This document shows positions 25,405 to 35,489 of a stretch of 64,000 nucleotides of DNA, one piece after another. The stretch lies in the NCBI RefSeq assembly GCF_963921235.1, contig NC_086097.1:164178001-164242000 (forward strand), written 5' to 3'. A program made the translations under genes and the position numbers. The stretch's first letter is position 1. The number at the start of each line of letters is the position of its first letter. Below the pieces are notes generated by a model. That model saw nothing but the letters and a program-made list of their open reading frames with translations. It had not been told where the DNA came from and made no database searches. This DNA is from Mobula hypostoma. Lineage: Eukaryota.

Positions 25405-26822
25405 GTAAGTTTGTTGTTTGCCCTCTACCACAGGCTCATTGTGCAGCTTGCCCAATTCTGGCCAGTTCTGTTGTTTGTTGACTTGCATGGCAGTTGACAT
25501 ATAGCATTTCATGCCCTGCCTGACAGTCCATAAGGCCATTAATTATGTGGCATGCAAAGCGATTATTCAAGACATTAACCCTCTCTGCCCCTTTCCCCCA
25601 CTTTCCCACCACCAATCCACTCACCTTCTATTTCCACCACACACCTCACCCTTCCCAAGATCGATTACCTCTTGCATTTGCCATTTTATATTCCATTAAA
25701 TAATTTTTTGTGCCTGGGCTATTCATTGTAAACTTTTTTTTAAGCTAAGCTTGAGGTGGCATTGAACATTTCATCCTCATTCCTGATGTGCACTATTATA
25801 GCTTGCTGTATTTTGTTTAATGAAATCAAGGCTGGAAATTAAAACTGCCCTTAAGAAATTGTGTTAAAATCTGTTGCAATTGCTGGTTTGATTGTTTTTT
25901 TTTCTTTCCAATTAGAAATAAATTGGCCTTGCCCAAAGATTGCAGCTACTTTCCTCGAGTGTATTTTGTTAGCTGGAGAGAAATGTCAATTTATTTTCAT
26001 TTGTTTTTACATCCCTTAAATTGAAAAGAATTAATAATTTCTAGACTTGAATTTCATTTTAATTCAAGAGCATATCACTTCCATGTGTTTGCTTATACCT
26101 CTGTGATGAACGTAAAATATTTCTGACTCTAAGTGGAAACCTTTCCCAAGAATTGTAGCCTGTTTAATAAACAGCATGGCCTTAAGCAGGAAATCCACTT
26201 TATTCTCCTTTTACAAAGATTTTACACTGACTGTAGTATTTTAAAGCTGTGGTATGTTGTAGACCCCAGGGAATTATGCAGTACAACTTTTTGAGTGCAC
26301 TAAAATGTTACCGTTAACAAATTAAAATTATTTTTATGGAGTCATGAAGTCATACAACATGGAAACAGACCCTTCGGCTCAACGTATCCATGTTAGCCAA
26401 GATACACATCTGAACATGTCTCCTTTGCCTCCAGTTGATCCATATTCCACAAGTGCATTTTACAATTGTCTTTCCTTCATTTATGATGGTGTAAAGTTGT
26501 TCTTGCTGGTCCTTTTCAAATAGCTTCTTCAAATATCCAAGATGCAGGCAAGAGAGACCAGAAATTTGTTTCTCTCTCCACAGATGCTGCCTGACATGCT
26601 GAGTATTTGCAAAATATTCTTTTTCCCAGGTTTCCAGCATTTCCGTTTGTTTTGTGCTTCAGGTACAAGTTTATTAGGCAAACAAACATGCAGTCCCTTC
26701 AGCTGTGTGAAGTACTGGAGTTCACTTCAATTGTGCTTTGACATTGGAAACAATGAACACACTGAGTCTGGTCTCAATACTTCAGCTGACCCAGTGATAA
26801 TATTAAAAGAAAGTGGGAAAGC

Positions 26823-27181
26823 CAGAATCCAAATCAGAATCAGGTTTATTATCACCGGCATGTGACGTGAAATTTGTTAACTTAGCAGCAGCAGTTCAAT
26901 GCAATACAAAATCTAGCAGAAAGAAAAAAAAATAAATAAACAAGCAAAGCAATTACAGTATACGTATATTGAATAGAAATACTGTATATTAAAAAAAGTG
27001 AGGTTGTGTCCAAAGATTCAATGTCCATTTAGGAATCGGATGGCAGAGGGGAAGGAGCTATTGCTGAGTCGCTGAGTGTGTGCACTCAGGCTCCTGTATC
27101 TCATACCTGATGGTAATAGTGAGAAAAGGGCATGCCCAGGGTGCCAGGAGGTCCTTAATAATGGAAGCTGCCTTTCTGAGA
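26823..27181 (-). mobile_element. Rex1/Babar-like 3' end
   Basis: Homologous to 10900-11220 (gaatcaggtttattatcacc...). Confidence 0.7.
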
Positions 27182-28119
27182 TGATTCAGCCAATCGACAC
27201 CTATTGTGTGCAGAATCTATATACTTCATTTCCACTCTCTAGCACTGGCAAACCTTATTTTAAGGACACTGAGTCCCTTCCCTCGCTGTTGGTATTTTGA
27301 TAATGCTCTTCTAGTTCTAACATGTTACAGAATGAACATTTACTTTTAATTCCTCCCTGGCATACGAGGTCACTGCGATTGTTAACACTTGTCACCTATT
27401 CTTACCAGCGATGGAAAGATGGTGATGAGCCACTTAGTGGTCAAGATTGTTTTCCATCTATAGTTACACAATGGTTAAGGACAGGTGTATTGTTACAAAA
27501 TCCAACAGTTTCACAGTTACCATGAAACTACAATTGTTTGCCAGTTCATGTAGTTAAGTTTAAACTGTGCAACGTCCATGAAAGGAAGTGGGTCCTATAC
27601 TTTATCCAGGTCAGATGTATAATGGTAGTTATACACTGCCTCCAAAGATCATTTTGATTTAAGTTTATGCAGTTGTACTTCAAAGGCAAAGAAACACACT
27701 GCACATACTGTATTATATGGATGAGGGATAAATTTCCAGGCATTGACTTCTTGCCTTTGATTCATGAGCTCTCTTGGCTTACTAAACCTGAAATCTTTGT
27801 TACTTTATGTCTATGAAATTATGATCTATGATTCTATGAACTCTGAAATCATTTTGGCCTACATAATAGATGTTACTGATAAAAATATATCAATTGGAGA
27901 AACTCTCTTTTGATCATGGAAACTTTTTACTGTTAACCTTCTTTGTGTTTTTTGGGAATGACCATCATACTGCAGCTTTAAAAATACATTTCAAAACTAT
28001 TTATATTGCTTGATTAATTGCAATTGAATCTAATTTATTTGGAAACTGAAACTTTTACAACTTTTACAACCTGGTGCAGCTGAGGAAGAGCTAATGCATC
28101 TGCTGTTGTCTGCATATAG

Positions 28120-28307
28120 ATGAAAATCAGACTGTCAACAATGAGACCAGCAGCTTGGCACAGCCCCACCCCTACAAGAAACGAGAGCCCGTGGATGTGC
28201 CATATCAAACAGGGCAGCTTCATCCAGCCATTCGAGTAGCAGACCTGCTGCAGCACATAACACAGATGAAATGTGCCGAAGGTTACGGGTTCAAGGAAGA
28301 GTATGAG
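28120..28307 (+). CDS. PTPRM: PTPRM exon preceding phosphatase domain D1 (188 nt, phase 1 to 0)
   Basis: tgcatatag|at...gag|gtaaga. Encodes (D)[62 protein letters not shown], a hallmark R2B/PTPRM sequence. Confidence 0.96.
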
Positions 28308-28739
28308 GTAAGACCAGAAACCAGGAAGAAACTTCTTGTGCAATGCTCGATGTTCACTAAGTATAACTTGGGACAATAGTTGAACAGGAGCGACAGCTGA
28401 ACAGCCGCACACACATCTGTTTCAAAGACAACACCTTAATTTCTGAATTGCAAAGAACAGAAACTTTTCTTCATGACATAGCCAGTATAAGCATTGAATA
28501 TCAAGTATGTTCAGAACAAGTACATAGATGAACATCACACTGTCAATTAATTTTATGCCTTACGTCTTTGCACTGTATTGCTGCTGCAAAGGAAAACAAA
28601 TTTTACACATATAAGATGGTGAATGAACGTGATTGAGATTCTGAACCTGATTCTGATTCAGCACAGCTAGTGCAAAGTCCCCCCTCTAACTCATTCCTTC
28701 TTTCTATCTTTCTCCCCACAACAAATAACATACAATTAT

Positions 28740-29500
28740 TGAACATACATACATAGAACATAGAAACTAGGCATTTCAGCCCACTACTTCAATGCCAACC
28801 ATCATTGCCTATCTATAGTAATCTCACTTGCCTGCATTAATTCCATATTCCTCTGTGCCCTGCTGATTCAGGTGCCTTCCCACATCCTTCTTACGTTTTG
28901 CTACTGTTCATATCTCCACCACTTCCTCTGGCAGCCCATTCTCCAGTCAACTACTCTGTGTGGTAGGGAAGAGGTTAATTTTCATTAATCTCCTCCCTCT
29001 CACCGTAAGCCTATACCTTCTAGTTTTAGATACCCATACCAAAGGAAACAAACTAACTATCTACCCTATCCATGTCTTTTACAATTTTATATAGCTCTAT
29101 AATGTCATCTCTCTGCTTATCTTGCTTTGCGGAAAACAACCAAGCCCATCCGATCTCTGTTTATTACTCAAGTCTTCCAGCTCAGGCAACGTCCCTGTGA
29201 ATCTTTTCTGCACCCTCTCCAGTTTAAGTACATCTCTCCTGTAGTGTAGCAACCAGATCTGCACACATTACTTGAAGTACAGCCTAACTAATACTTTGTA
29301 CAGCTGTAACATGACTCCCTTTGTGCATTCAGTGCCTTGGCAGATGAAAGCAAGCATGTAATACTCCTCCTTCACCACCCTGTCAACCTGGGTGGCCACT
29401 TTCAGGGAACAATGTATATTTACCCCTTGGACTCTGTATTCAACAACACTCCCCAGGGCCTGCCATTCACAGTGCATGTCCTGCCCTAGAGAGATTCCAT
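28740..29500 (-). mobile_element. Degraded CR1-like 3' fragment
   Basis: Minus ORF SLKVATQVDRVVK...MLQLYKVLVR and a catagaacatag tail. Confidence 0.75.
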
Positions 29501-29534
29501 ATTCACCTTCTGCTGCACACATTGAATTTGCAAT

Positions 29535-30868
29535 ATGGTAACATGTAAAAAACTACACCACATAAACAGCCCTTTCGCCCACCTAGTCTGTGCTGAACCA
29601 TTTAAACTGCCTAATTCCACTGACCTGCACCCAGACTGCACCCCTTCCTACCCCTTCCATCCATGTACCTATCCAAACTTCTCTTCAATGTTGAAACAAA
29701 ATCACAACCACCATTTGCGCTGGCAGCTCATTCCACATTCTCACTGCCCTCTGAGTGAAGGAGTTTCCCCTCATGTTCCCCTTAAACATTTCACCTTTCA
29801 TCCTTAACCCATGCCCTCTAGTTGTTGTCTCACCCACCTCGGTGGAAAAAGCCTGCTTGCATTTGCCCTATCTACACCCTTCATAATTTTGTCTACCTCT
29901 ATCAAATCTCCCCTCAATCTTCTACTTTCCAAGGAATAAAGTCCTAACCTGTTCAATCTTTCTTTGTAACTCAGGTCTTCCATTTCCGGCAACATCCTTG
30001 TAAATTTTCTCTGTACTCTTTCAATCTTATTTACATCTTTCCTGTACGTAAGGGACCAAAACTTCACCAACGTCTTATACAACTTCAACGTAACATCCTA
30101 ACTCCTCGACTCAATACTTTGATTTATGAAGGCCATTTTGCCAAAAGCTTACGGCCCTATCTACCTGTGATGCCACTTTCAATAAATTATGGACCTGTGT
30201 TCCCAAATCCCTTTGTTCTACCACACTCCTCAGTACCCTACTGCTCATTGTGTAAGACCTGTCCTGGTTGGTCCTCCTGAAGTACAACACCTCACACTTG
30301 TCTGCATTAAATTCCATCTGCCACTTTTCAGCTAATTTTTCCAGCTGGTCCAAATTCCACTGCAAGCTTTGATAGTCTTCCTAGCTGTCCCCTATACACA
30401 CAATCTTGGTGTCATCTGCACATTTGCTGATCCAGTTAACCATGTTATCATCTAGATCATTGATATAAATGACAAACAACAGTGGACCCAACACCAATCC
30501 CTGTGGCAGTCCACTTGGCACAGGCTTCCAGTCAGAGAAGCAACCTTCTACTACTACTCTCTGGCTTCTTCTGCAAAGCCAATGTCTAATCCAATTTACT
30601 ATCTTATCTTGAATGCCAAAGGACTGAACCTTCTTGACCAACCACCCTTGCAGGACCTTTTCAAATACCTTGCTGAAGTCCATATAGACAATATCCACTG
30701 CCTTCCCTTCATCAACTTTCCTGGTAACTTCCTCAAAAAAATCTGTAAGATTGGGTAGACTTGACACATCACACACAAAGCCATGTTGACTATCCCTAAT
30801 CAATCACTGTCTATCCAAATACTCATATATCCAATCTCTCAGAAGACCATCCAATAGCTTTCCCTCTA
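29535..30868 (-). mobile_element. CR1-like LINE, 5'-truncated
   Basis: RT pieces SQHGF, YMDFSK, PQGLVLGPLLF, CADDTK, KWQMEFN, ERVQRKFTRMLP. Confidence 0.88.
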
Positions 30869-31249
30869 TGAAACCGAATTTAGTGGATATTCCCAACATA
30901 GGGAGATTTCATTTCCATTTCTCCAAGTGCCGTACCTTAAGTGGAACAGGGAATTTTAAGCATCATTCAAAACAGTTTTCAATAATACGTAAGATAATAA
31001 CAGCATGATTTATTATGTACTTGGTATGAAGATAAGCCTTAGAGAGCTGTTACTTGCAGTGATTCATGTTTGCATAACCTGTGCTTCCATGCATAACTAT
31101 ACACATAACATGCTTGGGGAAGTTTCCACTGCTTGGCACTGATGGGAACCTCACACGTAGTTGGCGAACACTGGAAGCAGACTGCTCTGCACTCTGCGAG
31201 AGTGTTTGTAATTTTTGCAACATTCACTGGTTACATACAAGGCCCAATG

Positions 31250-31396
31250 CCACCAATTCTGATTAGACACATTGCTGGAGTTTTTGGCACATAATTTCCA
31301 CCAATTTGGATTGGACTCATTGCTGGAGCTTTTGGCACATAATTTCCACCAATTCGGATTGGACTCATTGCTGGAGCTTTTGGCACATAACTTCCA
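31250..31396. repeat. 48-bp tandem repeat, 3 copies
   Basis: Unit ccaccaatttggattggactcattgctggagcttttggcacataattt starting at 31250, 31298 and 31346. Confidence 0.95.
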
Positions 31397-31904
31397 AGTA
31401 ACCCACATTCCAATCCTCACTAACTGTGTACACTGGCTGCCTGACATTTCCATACTCATGACTCACCGCCTTTCTGCTGAAATCAGAAGATGAATGCACT
31501 CCTTGTAACACAATTGGATAATTCTCCTGATAGTTCTCCCCTTGTCTGATATATTGATTACCAGTAAATAAAATTGTTTTTAAAACTCATCTAATCTGTT
31601 AGCCAGGTAATTTTCCTCTCAGATTTTTCATTGCAGTCTTTGATAGATTTGTCCTTCATCCCTGATGAATCCATGTCACACCAAGAAGATTGATCGCCCC
31701 ACAAGGCATCTGTGTTGGTGAAAGGCCTTTGTAAAACTTACTGCTTTCAAGTTGAACAGGAGTAAATCTAGTATACCTTTGAGTAACTTTGTTCCTTACC
31801 CACAATGTACTGACGATCAGTGATAGACAGCCTTTATTATTGCAACATACATCAAAGTTGCTGGTGAACGCAGCAGGCCAGGCAGCATCTATAGGAAGAG
31901 GTGC

Positions 31905-31940
31905 AGTCGACGTTTCAGGCCGAGACCCTTCGTCAGGACT
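31905..31940 (-). ncRNA. Minimal type I hammerhead ribozyme, intact core
   Basis: Minus strand agtc-ctgacga-agggtctcggcct-gaaac-gtc-gact. Confidence 0.85.
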
Positions 31941-32236
31941 AACTGAAGGAAGAGTGAGTAAGGGATTTGAAAGCTGGAGGGGGAGGGGGAGATGCAAAAT
32001 GATAGGAGAAGACAGGAGGGGGAGGGATGGAGCCGAGAGCTGGACAGGTGATAGGCAGAAGGGGATACGAAAGGATCATGGGACAGGAGGTCCGGGAAGA
32101 AAGACGGGGGGGGGTGACCCAGAGGATGGGCAAGAGGTATATTCAGAGGGACAGAGGGAGAAAAAGGAGAGTGAGAGAAAGAATGTGTGCATTAAAAAGA
32201 GTAACAGATGGGGTACGAGGGGGAGGTGGGGCCTAG

Positions 32237-34027
32237 CGGAAGTTAGAGAAGTCAATGTTCATGCCATCAGGTTGGAGGCTACCCAGACGGAATATAAGGT
32301 GTTGTTCCTCCAACCTGAGTGTGGCTTCATCTTTACAGTAGAGGAGGCCGTGGATAGACATGTCAGAATGGGAATGGGATGTGGAATTAAAATGTGTGGC
32401 CACTGGGAGATCCTGCTTTCTCTGGCGGACAGAGCGTAGATGTTCAGCAAAGCGGTCTCCCAGTCTGCGTCGGGTCTCACCAATATATAAAAGGCCACAT
32501 CGGGAGCACCGGACGCAGTATATCACCCCAGTCGACTCACAGGTGAAGTGATGCCTCACCTGGAAGGACTGTTTGGGGCCCTGAATGGTGGTAAGGGAGG
32601 AAGTGTCCTGAGCGGATAAAGTCGTTGATAGTGTGGGAGACAATGGCCTGGTGCTCCTTAGTGGGGTCACGATCGAGGGGTAAATAAGAGGAGGTATCCG
32701 CGAGTTGTCGCTGTGCCTCGGCAAGGTAGAGGTCAGTACGCCAGACTACAACAGCACCCCCCTTATCAGCGGGTTTAATAATAATGTTAGGATTAGTGCG
32801 GAGGGAGCGGAGAGCAGAGCGTTCCGAAGGAGTGAGGTTGGAATGGGGACAAGGTGCGGTGAAGTCGAGACGGTTGATGTCCCGTCGGCAGTTGGCAATA
32901 AAGAGATCCAGAGCAGGCAGAAGACCAGAGCGGGGTGTCCATGAAGAAGAGGAGGGATGAAGACGGGAGAAGGGGTCATCGGTGGGGGTGGAAGAGTCCT
33001 TGCCGAAGAAGTAGGCTCGGAGACGGAGACGGCGGAAGAAAAGTTCCGCATCATGGCGAACACGGAACTCGCTGAGGTGTGGGCGAAGGGGGACAAAGGT
33101 GAGGCCCTTACTGAGAACAGAGCGTTCTGCCTCCGACAGTTGAAGGTCGGAGGGGATGGTAAAGACCCGGCACGGATGAGAGCTGGGATCAGAGGGGGGA
33201 GGGGGGAGGCTGGGGGTGTCAGTGGAGGGGGGAGGGTTGGGGTGAGAGGAAGATGGAGCCTCTGAGGGCCCAGGAGCTGACGGTGGGATCTGAGGAAGAC
33301 GGGGCTGCGGAGTGGTGGTGGGGGAAGGGGAGACGGGAGTCACAATAGCAGCACATAAAGACCCGGCCTGGAGTTCAAGGCTGGAGTCGCAGTTGGTGGT
33401 TGCGCGATCGCTTTGAATGTCTCCATGGTCGTTGCTGGAGTCCGGGTTTTGAATATGTCCTGAGGTGTTGGAGCCGCCGAGACCAACGGCAGGGGCCGCA
33501 ACCGAAAGTTCATGCCTGCTAGCGTCGGGGCCGGCAGGCTCTGCAGTCCGTAGATGTAAGATCTTGCGATCTTTGCCTAACATGACAAAGTCAAAGAAAC
33601 GGCGATTGCAGGCGTGGATCCGACGGAGGATGAAATAGCGGGTAGGACCATTACAGACGGCGAAGAAAGTGTCCCGAAGGTGTGGAAGGGTCTGGGATAG
33701 GGACACCAAGTACCTCCTCATGGCGGAGAGCGTGGCTTTCAGAGCTTGACGGGAGAAGCGGCGAGAGGCAGAGTCAATGAAATGTGAGTACCTGGGATCC
33801 TCAGAAGGTCCAAATTGAGAGGCTTGGAAACGAATCCTAAAGCCAACTGGAGTAAGTTGGCGACGGAGGCACGTTCCAAGAAAGGATACATGGCAGTGAT
33901 AGCAAGTTTGAGTCAAAGTCTGGTCGAAAAGTTGAAGAGCCGAAGAAATCACAGATGGGGAGCAGTGAGAGATGGTTTCACTGAACTCCCGTCGAAGAGA
34001 GGATCTAAACTTCTTCGGTGTAGGCAT
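32237..34027 (-). pseudogene. PLE ORF with internal RT deletion: N-terminal domain fused out of frame to GIY-YIG
   Basis: ATG at 34027 (MPTPKK...), N-terminal motif HVSFLGTC...LTPVGFR, then IIKPADKGGAVVVW. Junction near 32606 jumps to SSLTTIQGPKQ (GIY-YIG region) in another frame, and no RT catalytic motif is present. Confidence 0.85.
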
Positions 34028-34161
34028 CACCGGAAGAGGCTTCGCAGTAGTGAATTTAAACGCAAACAACAGGAATTCTGCAGATGCTGGAAATTCAAGC
34101 AACATACATCAAAGTTGCTGGTGAACGCAGCAGGCCAGGCAGCATCTATAGGAAGAGGCGC

Positions 34162-34197
34162 AGTCGACGTTTCAGGCCGAGACCCTTCGTCAGGACT
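34162..34197 (-). ncRNA. Minimal type I hammerhead ribozyme, intact core, upstream of the PLE ORF
   Basis: Same motif as 31905-31940. Predicted cleavage between 34166 and 34165, 138 nt before the ATG at 34027. Confidence 0.85.
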
Positions 34198-34488
34198 AAC
34201 TGAAGGAAGAGTGAGTAAGGGATTTGAAAGCTGGAGGGGGAGGGGGAGATGCAAAATGATAGGAGAAGACAGGAAGGGGAGGGATGGAGCCGAGAGCTGG
34301 ACAGGTGATAGGCAGAAGGGGATACGAGAGGATCATGGGACAGGAGGTCCGGGAAGAAAGACGGGGGGGGTGACCCAGAGGATGGGCAAGAGGTATATTC
34401 AGAGGGACAGAGGGAGAAAAAGGAGAGTGAGAGAAAGAATGTGTGCATTAAAAAGAGTAACAGATGGGGTACGAGGGGGAGGTGGGGC

Positions 34489-35360
34489 CTAGCGGAAGTT
34501 AGAGAAGTCAATGTTCATGCCATCAGGTTGGAGGCTACCCAGACGGAATATAAGGTGTTGTTCCTCCAACCTGAGTGTGGCTTCATCTTTACAGTAGAGG
34601 AGGCCGTGGATAGACATGTCAGAATGGGAATGGGATGTGGAATTAAAATGTGTGGCCACTGGGAGATCCTGCTTTCTCTGGCGGACAGAGCGTAGATGTT
34701 CAGCAAAGCGGTCTCCCAGTCTGCATCGGGTCTCACCAATATATAAAAGGCCACATCGGGAGCACCGGACGCAGTATATCACCCCAGTCGACTCACAGGT
34801 GAAGTGATGCCTCACCTGGAAGGACTGTTTGGGGCCCTGAATGGTGGTAAGGGAGGAAGTGTAAGGGCATGTGTAGCACTTGTTCTGCTTACACGGATAA
34901 GTGCCAGGAGGGAGATCAGTGGGGAGGGATGGGGGGGACGAATGGACAAGGGAGTTGTGTAGGGAGTGATCCCTGCGGAGTGCAGAGAGAGGCGGGGAGG
35001 GAAAGATATGCTTAGTGGTGGGATCCCGTTGGAGGTGGCGGAAGTTACGGAGAATAATATGTTGGACCCGGAGGCTGGTGGGGTGGTAGGTGAGGACCAG
35101 GGGAACCCTATTCCTAGTGGGGTGGTGGGAGGATGGAGTGAGAGCAGATGTACGTGAAATGGGGGAGATGCGTTTAAGAGCAGAGTTGATAGTGGAGGAA
35201 GGGAAGCCCCTTTCTTTAAAAAATGAAGACATCTCCCTCGTCCTAGAATGAAAAGCCTCATCCTGAGAGCAGATGCGGCGGAGACGGAGGAATTGCGAGA
35301 AGGGGATGGCGTTTTTGCAAGAGCCAGGGTGAGAAGAGGAATAGTCCAGATAGTTGTGAG
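34489..35360 (-). pseudogene. 5'-truncated PLE ORF C-terminus (RT thumb, Cys linker, GIY-YIG), frame open
   Basis: YLDYSSSHP...IPFSQFLRLRRICS...CKQNKCYTC...VIYCVRCSRCGLLYIGET...RLEEQHLIFRLGSLQPDGMN. Confidence 0.9.
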
Positions 35361-35489
35361 AGCCTTTATTATTGGACGTGTTACCTTGTAATAATTTATT
35401 GTAATACTGGGCTGTTTTGGCTAATCCATGAAGCACAAATATTGCTACTTATTTCACTGCTTTTCAGCTGGGCAGTAGCAGGTCGGTTT

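Larger units (their letters stand above)
31843..35360 (-). mobile_element. Young tandem Penelope-like retroelement (Neptune-like, GIY-YIG) insertion
   Basis: 14-bp TSD agcctttattattg at 31829-31842 and 35361-35374. Direct repeat 31843-32606 and 34100-34862 (pseudo-LTR arrangement). GIY-YIG motif GVIYCVRCSRCGLLYIGET preceded by the Cys linker CKQNKCYTC. Confidence 0.93.

Noticed and set aside
25690..25702. ttccattaaat as the VPIN-like microexon
   Set aside because: No AG acceptor or GT donor. 25393-25404 fits exactly.
33190..33330. G-quadruplex-forming G runs on the + strand
   Set aside because: Explained by proline codons of the minus-strand PLE linker, with no independent evidence of function.
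33815..34492. 225-aa plus-strand ORF, and the similar 31789-32439 ORF, as host genes
   Set aside because: Antisense shadows of the purine-skewed PLE 3' region, with no recognisable domain.
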